Shown here: one piece after another, positions 32,857-44,838 of the stretch | How positions within the stretch are numbered: position 1 is the stretch's first letter | Layout: each line of letters begins with the position of its first letter | Sequence record: DRR723986_2358 | Strand: one strand, 5' to 3' | Length of the DNA: 60,585 nt | Notes under the pieces: model-generated | Database searches by the model: none | Seen by the model: only the letters and a program-made list of their open reading frames with translations | Told to the model about the DNA's origin: nothing | Program-made: the position numbers and the translations under genes

Positions 32857-34479
32857 CTACATGCGCGCCACGCCATAGGAATTGGGGAAGACCCGGCGAT
32901 TGTGAGCTTCCCAGCACGTCTGCAGCAAAAAGCCCAGCACCCGTCGACTGTCACGGGGGTCGATCACCCCGTCATCCAGCAGTCGGCCCGAGGTGTAGAA
33001 CACGTCGGACTGGCGATCGTAATGGGCGATGACTGTGGCCTCCTGCTCCGCGAGGCGTTGCTCATCGACCTCGATCCCGCGCCGGGCGGCCCCCGCCCGC
33101 GCCACTTCGGACATCGTCTTTGCGGCCTGCTCGCCGCCCATCACGCCGATCTGGGTGTTGGGCCAGCTGAGTACGAAATCCGGGTCGTAACCCTGCCCAC
33201 ACATCCCGTAGTTGCCGGCGCCGAAGCTCGCGCCGATCATCAGCGTCAGGCGGGGCACCCGGGCATTGGTCACCGCCTGGATCATCTTGGAACCGTGCTT
33301 GATCATGCCGTCCTGCTCGTACTGGGTGCCAACCATGTAGCCCGTAATGTTCTGCAGGAACAGCAGCGGGGTATCGGCCTGGTCGCAGAGCTGGATGAAC
33401 TGAGCGGCCTTGGTGGCCCCGGCCGGGTCGATCGGCCCGTTGTTGCCGATAATTCCCACCGGCATGCCGTAGATACTGGCCTGCAGGCACACCGTGGACA
33501 CACCATAGGCCGGCTTGAAATCGAGAAACTCGGAACCATCACAGATCCGCGCCACCACTTCCCGAACGTCGTAGGGCTGGCGATAGTCCACCGGCACCAG
33601 GCCCACCAGTTCCTCGGCCGGGTAGAGCGGTTCCCGGAAATCCCGCGGCGGCATTGCGCTGCAGTGTCTGTTCCAGTCGAGCTGGCCGAGTAATTCGCGG
33701 GCAATGGCAATGCCGTGCGCATCGTCCTCCGCCAGATATTCCACCAGCCCGGTCACCCGCGAATGCATGCCGGCGCCACCCAGTTCCTCGTCGCCGGCTT
33801 CCTCTCCGGTGGCCGCCTTGAGCAGGGCGGGCCCGGCAAGATAGGCCTTGCCGTTACCCTTGACGCCGATAACGTAATCACTCATGCCCGGCATATAGGC
33901 ACCACCGGCGGCAGAGGCTCCGTGCAGCACGACAAGCGTGGGGATACCCGCCGCACTGAGGCGGGCAAGACGCGCGAAAATACCGCCCCCAGCCATCCAC
34001 ATTTCAACCTGGTACTCCAGCAGGTTGGCCCCCGCGCTTTCCACCAGGTGCACGAAGGGCAGTTTCTTTGCCAGGGCAATGTCCATCGCGCGAAGCGTTT
34101 TGCGGGTGGAGAACGTGGTCATGGCGCCGGCGTTGATACCGGAGTCATCAACCGACAGCATACAGCGCACGCCGCTGATATAGCCGATACCGTTGATCAC
34201 GCTGCAACCGGGAATGGACGCATCCGGATCCGGTGTATCCACCAGGTAGCCGCCGATGTTGTGCAACTCGACGAAGGGCGTACCGGGGTCCAGAATTCGA
34301 CCGAGGCGTTCCCGCGGTAACAGGGCGCCGCGCTTGTCAAAACGCGGCTTGCTGGCGGCCGACTTGTCCGCAGCCCGGCTGGTGATTGTTTGCAGGCGCT
34401 CGATCAGGCCCAGCATATCGCGCTGGTTCCGACGAAAATCATCGGTCGCCGTATTGAGCCTGGACTGGTACTGGGGCAT
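32857..34479 (-). CDS. atuC: acyl-CoA carboxylase carboxyltransferase subunit (AtuC-like)
   Basis: LVESAGANL, AGGAYMPGMSD, FLQNITGYMVG, GASFGAGNYGMCG, DDGVIDPRD. Confidence 0.85.
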   Translation of the reverse strand: MPQYQSRLNTATDDFRRNQRDMLGLIERLQTITSRAADKSAASKPRFDKRGALLPRERLGRILDPGTPFVELHNIGGYLVDTPDPDASIPGCSVINGIGYISGVRCMLSVDDSGINAGAMTTFSTRKTLRAMDIALAKKLPFVHLVESAGANLLEYQVEMWMAGGGIFARLARLSAAGIPTLVVLHGASAAGGAYMPGMSDYVIGVKGNGKAYLAGPALLKAATGEEAGDEELGGAGMHSRVTGLVEYLAEDDAHGIAIARELLGQLDWNRHCSAMPPRDFREPLYPAEELVGLVPVDYRQPYDVREVVARICDGSEFLDFKPAYGVSTVCLQASIYGMPVGIIGNNGPIDPAGATKAAQFIQLCDQADTPLLFLQNITGYMVGTQYEQDGMIKHGSKMIQAVTNARVPRLTLMIGASFGAGNYGMCGQGYDPDFVLSWPNTQIGVMGGEQAAKTMSEVARAGAARRGIEVDEQRLAEQEATVIAHYDRQSDVFYTSGRLLDDGVIDPRDSRRVLGFLLQTCWEAHNRRVFPNSYGVARM

Positions 34480-34517
34480 GGAAGCTCCTCGTTAGGTTCC
34501 GGTTGCCGCCCGCGGGA

Positions 34518-36341
34518 TCAATGCAGCGGGAGATCGAAGCGGGCTGCCAGCGTCCGCGGCAAGTCCACGGTCTCCGCCAGCAGCAGCTGGGCATAGCCCT
34601 TACCCTGTGGGTCAGCGCGCAGGCTGGCAACCCCGCCACCGCCCAGCACATCGTGCAGTAAAAAATTCAGTGCGGACGAACCCGGCAGATAAAACCGCTC
34701 CACCGGTCGCGCCTGACCCGGCGCCAGGAAATGACGGAAGTAATCCGCCACATCCTGCTCGGTAAACCTGGCCGCAATCCAGGGCAGGAAGGCCGGATCC
34801 CGGGCGATGATGCCGATATTGGCCTTATTACCCTTATCGCCGCTGCGTCCCCAGGCCAGTGCTTCCAGGCTGACCGACACCAGGTCGTCGCCGTCAGCCG
34901 CCGGTATGGCCGGCCTTGCCAGCTCCGTGGAGTCGAATACCGCGCCGGCGTGCGGGGGACACTCCGTGACCGTCGTTTCGGTCTCGACGGTGACCGTTAC
35001 CTGGCTCTTGGGAACAATCATCGAAAACAGGCGAACCACCGGCGAGGGCTTGGGACGCGCCCCGGCGAATCCAGTGAGGCCGGGTGGCGCGGTAAGCGCC
35101 ATGCCGATCATTTCCTTGAGAAATACCGCAATCCCTTTGGGGCTGGGGTGTTTGGCGGCAATTTTTACATCGACTTCCCGAACCGGGCCGACCCGGCGCG
35201 CGGCACCGAAGTGACTTTCGGCACCAATGACCTCGACGCTGGTCTCCGCCAGCGGCGCAAGACCCTGCGAATCCAGCACCATCGACGTTCTGCGAAATAC
35301 AAGCTGCGCCAGCTGCTCTGCCTTGCGATCAGCGTCCCTGCCGTACAGGGTCCAGACCTGGCCGCTGCGAAAACCATCTGCGTAGGTCGCACAGGTCTTG
35401 TACCCGGCGGGAGCGCCGTGGCCCCTGGCGCCGGCGACGCGGACCCGGTCCGGTGCAATCTCGACCAGGCTCACTGCCGAAAAGTCACAGACCACATCGG
35501 GTAACAGATAGGCCTGCGGGTCGCCTATCTCATACAACATCTGCTCCGCCACGGTGCCGGTAGTGACCGCACCGCCGCTACCTTCGGGCTTGCTTACGGT
35601 AAAAACCCCGTCAGCGCTGATTTCCGCCATGGGGTAACCTGCCTCGGGCAGGGTGTCGACCACGGTTTCCCAGTCGGTGTAGTTACCCCCGGTGGCCTGG
35701 GTTCCACACTCAAGGATATGGCCGGCGAGGCTGCCGGCAGCGAGCAGGTCGTAGTCATCCGGACCCCAGCCGAAAGCATGGATACAGGCACCCAGGGTGA
35801 CCGCACTGTCGACACAGCGGCCGGTAATGACGATATCAGCACCGCCCGCCAGCGCCTGCGCTATCGGGAAGGCACCGAGATAGGCATTGATACTGGCCAC
35901 CGAGGCGGGATCCGGGAAGGCCTCACCGGTAAACATTTCACTGACGCCACTGCCGCCGAAATCAGCGGCGCGGGAGGTCAGGTCATCGCCGAGCACTGCG
36001 GCGACCGTCAGTTCAAGGCCCAGTTCAGCGATGAGCGCACGCGCCGCTTCGGCGCAGGCGCGCACATTGACACCCCCGGCGTTCGCTACCACCTTGACCC
36101 CCTGGCGCGCGATTTCCGGCAGGTTGGGCGCAAGCACCGCACTCACGAAATCAAGCGCATAGCCCTTGCTGTCATCGACCGCCCGCGCACGGGCCATGAT
36201 CGACATGGTGATCTCGGCCAGATAGTCATAGACCAGGTAGTCCAGGCGGCCACTGGCCAGGAGCTGCGGCGTGGCCAGGGCGGCATCGCCCCAGAACCCG
36301 GAAGCTCCGCCAACCGTAATCGTATCGACCGTCATAGCCAC
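34518..36341 (-). CDS. atuA: acyclic terpene utilization AtuA family protein
   Basis: GASGFWGD, DYLAEITMSI, ITGRCVDSA, GHILECGTQATGG, EQMLYEIGDP, RSGDKG, DPQGK. Confidence 0.92.
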   Translation of the reverse strand: MAMTVDTITVGGASGFWGDAALATPQLLASGRLDYLVYDYLAEITMSIMARARAVDDSKGYALDFVSAVLAPNLPEIARQGVKVVANAGGVNVRACAEAARALIAELGLELTVAAVLGDDLTSRAADFGGSGVSEMFTGEAFPDPASVASINAYLGAFPIAQALAGGADIVITGRCVDSAVTLGACIHAFGWGPDDYDLLAAGSLAGHILECGTQATGGNYTDWETVVDTLPEAGYPMAEISADGVFTVSKPEGSGGAVTTGTVAEQMLYEIGDPQAYLLPDVVCDFSAVSLVEIAPDRVRVAGARGHGAPAGYKTCATYADGFRSGQVWTLYGRDADRKAEQLAQLVFRRTSMVLDSQGLAPLAETSVEVIGAESHFGAARRVGPVREVDVKIAAKHPSPKGIAVFLKEMIGMALTAPPGLTGFAGARPKPSPVVRLFSMIVPKSQVTVTVETETTVTECPPHAGAVFDSTELARPAIPAADGDDLVSVSLEALAWGRSGDKGNKANIGIIARDPAFLPWIAARFTEQDVADYFRHFLAPGQARPVERFYLPGSSALNFLLHDVLGGGGVASLRADPQGKGYAQLLLAETVDLPRTLAARFDLPLH

Positions 36342-36398
36342 CGAACCCCTGTAGCTCCGCCGCGCGTTAACACCGGTGCTGTGTCCCGAACCGGGCGC

Positions 36399-36824
36399 TT
36401 ACAGCGCCGCCAGGAATGTCCGGACCACCATCACCCAGAGCGCTAGCGAAGACAGCAGGTAGGCAAGGAAGCGGTGCAGCACCCGGTTATAGGTGCAATG
36501 AATCAGGCTGTGCAGGGCGCGGAAGCCCACGAAGGCCCAGGCACAGTACACATGCACTGCATCCACCTGACCAAACACCGTCAGGTAGAGACACACGGCA
36601 TAGAACACTATCGGGAGTTCGGCGAGATTCTTCAGGTTATTGCTCGGGCCGTCCTTGTCCCCGGGGATCAGGGCCGCAGTATCGGCGGGGGTTTTCATCT
36701 GCTCAACATCGATATTGTTGGCCTGCATATGCCCCACGCGCTTGACGAACAGTGCGATCCACACCAGCAGGGTGATCAGCATCATGCTGGCGAGGGGGAG
36801 TGCGAGTTCGGTTGAAGTCATCAT
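36399..36824 (-). CDS. MAPEG-family membrane protein
   Basis: Small membrane protein with NNLKNLAELPIVFY and FRALHSLIH patterns. Confidence 0.75.
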   Translation of the reverse strand: MMTSTELALPLASMMLITLLVWIALFVKRVGHMQANNIDVEQMKTPADTAALIPGDKDGPSNNLKNLAELPIVFYAVCLYLTVFGQVDAVHVYCAWAFVGFRALHSLIHCTYNRVLHRFLAYLLSSLALWVMVVRTFLAAL

Positions 36825-36953
36825 GGCGAGTTCCTGTCGTTATTGTTAAGTAATGCGTCGCGCGCTCGATTGTAGCCCTACTCGCTCGCTATATCTAACC
36901 GGGCTGATTTGCTATCCTCTGACGCCCCCGAAACAGGCAGGAATACCCGCAAC

Positions 36954-37310
36954 GTGATCATCTTGTACGGCATCAGCAACTGTGACACGGTCAGGAAAGC
37001 CCGGCGCTGGCTGGACACCGCGGGGATCGACTACCAGTTTCACGACCTGCGTGCGGATGGGCTGGAGCGCGCCCAGGTTCAGCAGTGGGTGAAGGAACTG
37101 GGTTGGGAGAACCTGGTGAACCGCCGCAGCAGCAGCTGGAAACAGCTGGATGCGGCGGCGCGGGAGTCAATGGATGCCGCTGCCGCGGTAGACGCGGTAC
37201 TGGCGCTACCAACCCTGATCAAGCGTCCCCTGCTGGACATCGGGCATGAACGCCACGTCGGCTTCAGTGCTGCCCGCTACCAGGACATTTTTGGACAACA
37301 CACCCTGTAA
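36954..37310 (+). CDS. yffB: ArsC/Spx-family protein (YffB-like)
   Basis: LYGISNCDTVRKAR, HDLRADG, PTLIKRP; upstream of dapD/dapE; GTG start at 36954. Confidence 0.88.
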   Translation: MIILYGISNCDTVRKARRWLDTAGIDYQFHDLRADGLERAQVQQWVKELGWENLVNRRSSSWKQLDAAARESMDAAAAVDAVLALPTLIKRPLLDIGHERHVGFSAARYQDIFGQHTL

Positions 37311-37323
37311 GGCGATTCCCCCT

Positions 37324-38343
37324 ATGACAGAACAAGCGTTTGCCTGCGGCCTCGGCGTAGGCACCCTGAACAGTGACGGCGACTGGCTGGAGGTGTTTTT
37401 CCCGCAGCCGGTTCTCAAGCCGTCGACCGGCCTGGTCACCGCCCTTGAGGCGAGCAATAGCGCTGCGGTGCTTGACGGCGAACAGCTTGCCCAGCTGCAG
37501 TCAGACCTTGCGGCGCAGGGCGAGACGGAACAGGCCGCCCTCGCTGGCCGCCTGCTGGAATCCGGCCGGCCAGCAGTGGCCGTGCTGCTGCGCGAGGATG
37601 CCGCCCCGGCGAACGTGCCGGAGGGCTACCTCAAGCTGCACCTGCTGTCGCATCGCCTGGTGCATCCCCACGGCACCAACCTCAACGGCCTGTTCGGCCT
37701 GCTGCCCAATGTAGCCTGGACCAGCGAGGGCGCGATTGACCTGCGGGACCTTGCGGAGCGCCAGTTGCAGGCGCGGCTGCGCGGCGAGACTCTGGAAGTC
37801 AGCTGCGTCGATAAATTCCCGAAAATGACCAACTACGTGGTGCCCTCAGGTGTCCGCATTGCCCACACCGCCCGGGTTCGCCTCGGGGCCTACCTCGGCG
37901 AAGGAACCACGGTGATGCACGAGGGCTTCGTCAATTTCAACGCGGGCACCGACGGACCGGGCATGATCGAGGGGCGGATATCCGCCGGGGTCAGGGTCGG
38001 TAGCGGCTCCGACCTGGGAGGCGGCTGTTCCACTATCGGCACCCTGTCCGGTGGCGGCGACATCGTTATCTCCGTTGGCCGCGAGTGCCTGATCGGCGCC
38101 AACGCCGGAATCGGTATTCCGCTGGGTGACCGGTGCACGGTGGAAGCGGGCCTGTTCGTGACCGCTGGCACCAAGGTCACCATGCTGGATGCCGACAGCA
38201 TGCCCGTTGAGACCATCAAGGCCAGGGAACTGATCGGCACATCCGATCTGCTGTTCCGGCGTAATTCGACCACCGGCGCAGTAGAATGCCTGACCAATCG
38301 CAGTGCCGTGGAACTCAACCAGGAACTGCACGCGCACAACTGA
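37324..38343 (+). CDS. dapD: tetrahydrodipicolinate N-succinyltransferase (Pseudomonas/actinobacterial type)
   Basis: YLKLHLLSHRLV, VDKFPKMTNYVVP, VMHEGFVNFNAGT, EGRISAGV, LLFRRNS; ATG 37324. Confidence 0.95.
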   Translation: MTEQAFACGLGVGTLNSDGDWLEVFFPQPVLKPSTGLVTALEASNSAAVLDGEQLAQLQSDLAAQGETEQAALAGRLLESGRPAVAVLLREDAAPANVPEGYLKLHLLSHRLVHPHGTNLNGLFGLLPNVAWTSEGAIDLRDLAERQLQARLRGETLEVSCVDKFPKMTNYVVPSGVRIAHTARVRLGAYLGEGTTVMHEGFVNFNAGTDGPGMIEGRISAGVRVGSGSDLGGGCSTIGTLSGGGDIVISVGRECLIGANAGIGIPLGDRCTVEAGLFVTAGTKVTMLDADSMPVETIKARELIGTSDLLFRRNSTTGAVECLTNRSAVELNQELHAHN

Positions 38344-40230
<1,887 letters not shown>

Positions 40231-40268
40231 GGCTGCTGTCCCGTTGTGGTTAGGGCTGGCTGGATGAC

Positions 40269-41177
40269 TTATAAACGCTGCGGATCGAAGCCGGCCGCAC
40301 GCAGCAGGGCGATAATACCTTGCCGCCCCACCAGGTGTCCCGCGCCCACCACGACGAACACCCTGCCCTCTGTATTCAGCAACTCGATGATTCTTGCTGC
40401 CATCGCCAGGTTGCGCTCATCGTAGAGCCGGCGATAGACCGGCTCGAACTCGGGATAACGTTCCCGCTCATCCAGCAGCAGGCGCTGTTCAAGGGCATCC
40501 TCGTCGCCAGCGAGCCAGGCCTGGTAGAGCGGCTCGAGATATTCATCGATGGCGTCAAGTTCCACCAGGGTCTGTCGCAGCAGCACGTCCGGTTCGGGAA
40601 AATCCAGCATCAATGCGGCCTGCTGCTCGGCGCTTTCCAGCTCAATAACTGCCCTGCCCTCGCCGGCGCGCTGCAGAAAGTGCAGGTCAATGCCGAGCTC
40701 CGGGTCCAGGCCCTGCTCGGCGAGCGCCAGTGTACTCAGGGTGGTGGCCACCAGGCCCGGCCGCAGCTCGGTAAACGCCGCAAGCGGCAGACCGCGCCCC
40801 TGCAGGTAGTCACCCAGTAAACGCCAGGTCGTATCCGACAACTGTCCGCGCAAGGTCTCGCCGGGCGGCAGCGTTCCAGCCGCAAGAAACAGGCGCTGGA
40901 TCTGCGCACGCTGCTCCGCACGGATATCCACTTCAACCACCAGGGTATCGGCGGCCATGAACGCCGACTCGATCTCCTCGCGCAGCGGGTAGAGCCCCGG
41001 GTAGGCCAGGTGTACCGAGCCGAGCAAGGTCATCTGGGCTCGGGGACCGGCAAGCTGCCAGACCGGCAGGCGCTCACCCGCCGCATGGCCCTGGGGCCAG
41101 CCCAATAACAGGATAAGCAATAGGGCGAGGGGTTGGCGTATCAGCTGATGCAAGCGGCCCCGGCTGGTTCCGTTCAC
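40269..41177 (-). CDS. TraB/GumN family protein
   Basis: Signal peptide, LLGSVHL, LGIDLH, LESAEQQ, ERNLAM, FVVVGAGHL. Confidence 0.88.
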   Translation of the reverse strand: MNGTSRGRLHQLIRQPLALLLILLLGWPQGHAAGERLPVWQLAGPRAQMTLLGSVHLAYPGLYPLREEIESAFMAADTLVVEVDIRAEQRAQIQRLFLAAGTLPPGETLRGQLSDTTWRLLGDYLQGRGLPLAAFTELRPGLVATTLSTLALAEQGLDPELGIDLHFLQRAGEGRAVIELESAEQQAALMLDFPEPDVLLRQTLVELDAIDEYLEPLYQAWLAGDEDALEQRLLLDERERYPEFEPVYRRLYDERNLAMAARIIELLNTEGRVFVVVGAGHLVGRQGIIALLRAAGFDPQRL

Positions 41178-41998
41178 GTGAGGCCTCGCAGTACATACAC
41201 ATCGAAGCGGACCGCGCGCCCCGTCAGCCGGTGGGAGGGCTCCCTGCCATCGAGGTCGTCGGCCTTCAGTGGCCGTTTAACGACCACCCGCGCCACATCC
41301 TGCTGCAGGGCCCAGGCGAGCAAATCCTCAGCACCCGCTGCATCCTCCTCCCGCAGCAACAGCTGCAGCAGCGCGAGATCGCGTTTGACCGCCACGTGCC
41401 GGGTGCGGGCGGGAAACATGGGGTCGAGATAAATCGCATCCAGTCCCGTCAGTTCATCCGGGGGCAGAGCCTGCGCCTCGCCTGCGAAGACCCGGATCCG
41501 GGACGCGGTAGCGCGCAGCCAGTCATCATCCGCGTCCCTGGCGCGCTGCACCCCCTCGCGGAGCAGCACGTGAATGACCGGGTATCGCTCGCAGGCGAGC
41601 ACCTGGCAACCCAGGTCGGCGAGTACAAAACTGTCCCTGGCGAGCCCGGCGGTGGCATCCAGCACGCTGAGCCGGGGCCGCTTGCCGATGCCTATAGCAC
41701 GGCCCAGTAATTCATTCTGGCCGCCGCGGCGCCGGTGGCGCATCGCCCCGCTGCCGAAGTCGACCTGCAGCGCACCTGGCGCATCGCGACCGGTCTGTTG
41801 CAGCGCCAGCCCGTTTTCGTCCAGCAACAGCACGGTGCGATATTCCAATACGTCTCGAGCCGCCGTACCAGCCGCGAGGCAGGGAAGGCCCAGTTCAGCG
41901 GCCAGTGCCTGTGCCTCGAGCTCCCAGATCCGGGACGCTGCCAGAACCGCTACCGGAGCGGTGCTCACTGCTGAATCGGCGTGACGGGATTTTTTCAT
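41174..41998 (-). CDS. rsmJ: 16S rRNA m2G1516 methyltransferase RsmJ-like
   Basis: VLDATAGLARDSFVLA, YLDPMFP, RVVVKRP, RFDVY. Confidence 0.88.
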   Translation of the reverse strand: MKKSRHADSAVSTAPVAVLAASRIWELEAQALAAELGLPCLAAGTAARDVLEYRTVLLLDENGLALQQTGRDAPGALQVDFGSGAMRHRRRGGQNELLGRAIGIGKRPRLSVLDATAGLARDSFVLADLGCQVLACERYPVIHVLLREGVQRARDADDDWLRATASRIRVFAGEAQALPPDELTGLDAIYLDPMFPARTRHVAVKRDLALLQLLLREEDAAGAEDLLAWALQQDVARVVVKRPLKADDLDGREPSHRLTGRAVRFDVYVLRGLT

Positions 41999-42049
41999 TG
42001 GCCCGGATTACCAGCGCGCACCGGGCCGGACTGCCGCTGCGGGCACAAG

Positions 42050-43072
42050 CTAGAACCGAATATCAGCGAGGATGTCACAGACCTGGTCGATCTGCGCCAT
42101 GCTCACATCCAGGTGGGTTACCAGGCGCAGGCTGCCCTGCCCCAGCGCGTGCACTCGGACCCCGCGTTCCGCCAGCGTGGCGACGAAGTCGGCCTCGCGC
42201 GTGGCGTCCGCCAGGGTGAAGATCACAATATTGGTCATGATGGGAGCCAACTGTGCCACATACGCCTGCTGGGCGAGGCAGGCGCCGAGCTTGGTCGCCT
42301 TGGCATGATCCTCTGCCAGGCGTTCGACGTGGTTATCAAGCGCGTAGCTTCCCGCCGCGGCGAGAAAACCGGCTTGCCGCCAGCCGCCGCCCCAGCGCTT
42401 GCGAACCCGCCGGGCTTCATGGATAAAATCCCGTTCGCCCAGCAGCAGGGAACCCACCGGGCAACCAAGACCTTTACTGAGACAGATTGAGATCGAATCA
42501 AAGAGCGTGCCGAACTCCCGCGCGCTCCGCCCGGTCGCGACCAGTGCATTAAACAGGCGCGCGCCATCGAGGTGGAAGCCGAGGCCGTGTTGCCGCGCCA
42601 CCTGGCCGACGGCCTGCACCTGCTCATATTCCAGGTAACTGCCGCCGCAGCGGTTATGGGTATTTTCCAGCGCAAGCAGGCGACTGCGGGCAGCATGCGG
42701 GTCATCCGGGTTGATCGCCGCCGCAACTTCGGCAGCGCTCACCTGGCCATTGTCCGAGTCCAGCAGGCGCACTGACACGCCGGAATTGGCCATGATCCCG
42801 CCACCTTCATACAGGTAGATATGGGAGCGGGCATGGCAGATAACCTCGTCCGCCGGCCGGGTGTGGACATTGATCGCTATCTGGTTGGTCATGGTGCCGC
42901 TGGGACAGAACAGCGCGGCCTCCATGCCGAACAGCTCCGCGGCCTGCTCCTGCAGGCGATTCACCGACGGGTCTTCCTGGAACACATCGTCTCCAACGGT
43001 CGCCGCACTCATTGCCTGCAGCATGCCCGGGGTCGGTCGCGTTAAGGTGTCACTTCGCAGGTCGATGGCCAT
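42050..43072 (-). CDS. ltaE: low-specificity L-threonine aldolase
   Basis: [37 protein letters not shown] (PLP Lys), LRLVTH. Confidence 0.92.
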   Translation of the reverse strand: MAIDLRSDTLTRPTPGMLQAMSAATVGDDVFQEDPSVNRLQEQAAELFGMEAALFCPSGTMTNQIAINVHTRPADEVICHARSHIYLYEGGGIMANSGVSVRLLDSDNGQVSAAEVAAAINPDDPHAARSRLLALENTHNRCGGSYLEYEQVQAVGQVARQHGLGFHLDGARLFNALVATGRSAREFGTLFDSISICLSKGLGCPVGSLLLGERDFIHEARRVRKRWGGGWRQAGFLAAAGSYALDNHVERLAEDHAKATKLGACLAQQAYVAQLAPIMTNIVIFTLADATREADFVATLAERGVRVHALGQGSLRLVTHLDVSMAQIDQVCDILADIRF

Positions 43073-43111
43073 GTATGGGTTCTTCGCTGAGTCGCCAGGG
43101 AATGCTGCCTG

Positions 43112-44722
43112 TCAGCCAGCCTGGCGCTGCTGCAGAATCAGGTCGACCACGGGCTGCAGGTTTTGTTCGATGGTCGCTTCGATCAAGCGCGGACCGCGCT
43201 GTGCCATGGCCTCGGCGAAGGCATCGTGGAAGGCCTCGGCCGTGGCTACCGCAACCGCACTCACCCCCATTCCCTCGGCAATTTGCACCCAGTCGATGGA
43301 GGGCTTGTTCAACTCCATCATGGACTGCATCTTCGGCGTGGCCTCCGCCTCGCGCACCCTGGCCAGCTCCACATTGAGCACCGCATAGGCATCATTCTTG
43401 AGAATGACCACAGTGATATCGCACTGCTCATGAGCGATGGTCCACAAGGCCTGGTTGGTGTACATGGCGCTGCCGTCCGCCTGCAGCAGAACAATCTTGC
43501 GCTCGGGACAGGCAATCGCCGCGCCCAGCGCGACCGGCAGCCCACCGCCAATCGCGGCGCCGGGGATCGCATACAGGTAGTCATGCTGACGGGATGCAGC
43601 CGTTTCGCGAAACAGTTCCAGGCCGGCAGTAGCGCCCTCGTCAACCACGATCGCATCCGCCGGCATACTGATATTGACGCTCTGCCCGATAGTGGCTGGC
43701 GTCAAGGCCCCCGCCGGCTCGGCCGGTGCCAGTCGCTCCAACAGGGTAGGCGCGGTCGCGGTCGCGTCCACGGCCTCCGCCAGGTCGCGCAGCGCCGCCA
43801 GCAGGTCTTCCTCGGTGGAGGCGCAGGTCCAGGTCTCGCAGCTGGCAGGCAGCTTGTGAGTGGCCGCGCCCTGGTAGGCAAAAGTCGACACCGGCGGCAG
43901 CGCGCCGATCAGGATAATCTGCTCAAAATCGGCAAAAAACAGCTGCGCCATTTCCAGGAAATACGGCACGAGTTGCACCGCCACCCGGCCCTCGCCGCGG
44001 CTCAGGCGTGCGGGGAACGTCTCCGCCAGTAACTGCGCACCGGTGCGGGCGGCGATACGCCCCGCCAGCTCCAGCGCCTCACCCTGCATCGCGTGGGAAC
44101 CCAGCAGCAGGCCGGTCTTGCGGCCATTGCCCAGGCGCTGGGCAGTTGCATCGATGGTACCGGCGGCAACCCGGGGGGTGACAATCGGGCCAGGAATCGC
44201 CGGCGGATAGGGGGCCGGGTCCCAGTGGCAGTCGGTGGGGGCGATCAGCGTACAGATCTTACCGGCGCCAGACTGCGCCAGGCGCGCCGCTTCCGCACCC
44301 AGGGCGCCCAACTCGGCGGCGGATTTTGCTTCCCGGGTCCAGTGGGATACCACACTGGCCAGCTCGGTGATCTTACCGCCAATCAGCTCGTGCTCTGGGA
44401 AATTGGGCTGGTGGTAAGTGGCATTGGCGCCGACGATATTCACCATCGCCGTATTGCCTCGCCCGGCGTTGTGCAGGTTGGCAATACCATTGGCAAAGCC
44501 CGAGCCAACATGGAGCAAGGTAAACGCGGGTTTGCCGGCCATCCGGGCGTAACCATCGGCAGCACCGGTGACCACGTTTTCCTGCAGGCACAATACCGGC
44601 CGCACGGCGTCGGAGAGGCCCATCTCGTACACCAGCTGCATCTCCGAGGTACCGGGGTTGGCAAAGCAGGTGTCCAGGCCTGCGTCAGTCAAAGCTTTAA
44701 AAAGCGATTGTGCGCCATTCAT
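43112..44722 (-). CDS. thiamine-diphosphate enzyme, acetolactate synthase large subunit-like
   Basis: CFANPGTSEM, QENVVTGAADGY (catalytic Glu), ANLHNA, ThDP motif ADGSAMY...N; no small subunit gene adjacent. Confidence 0.85.
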   Translation of the reverse strand: MNGAQSLFKALTDAGLDTCFANPGTSEMQLVYEMGLSDAVRPVLCLQENVVTGAADGYARMAGKPAFTLLHVGSGFANGIANLHNAGRGNTAMVNIVGANATYHQPNFPEHELIGGKITELASVVSHWTREAKSAAELGALGAEAARLAQSGAGKICTLIAPTDCHWDPAPYPPAIPGPIVTPRVAAGTIDATAQRLGNGRKTGLLLGSHAMQGEALELAGRIAARTGAQLLAETFPARLSRGEGRVAVQLVPYFLEMAQLFFADFEQIILIGALPPVSTFAYQGAATHKLPASCETWTCASTEEDLLAALRDLAEAVDATATAPTLLERLAPAEPAGALTPATIGQSVNISMPADAIVVDEGATAGLELFRETAASRQHDYLYAIPGAAIGGGLPVALGAAIACPERKIVLLQADGSAMYTNQALWTIAHEQCDITVVILKNDAYAVLNVELARVREAEATPKMQSMMELNKPSIDWVQIAEGMGVSAVAVATAEAFHDAFAEAMAQRGPRLIEATIEQNLQPVVDLILQQRQAG

Positions 44723-44838
44723 CGAGCGTCTCCGTGCGTGCTAACTGGTAATCCCCGGCGGCGCGGTGGCGCCGCGGGAAGAAGGCGGAATACTACAGGC
44801 AATTCTGCTGTGAGACCACGCGCCGGGCGGCAAGGCGG

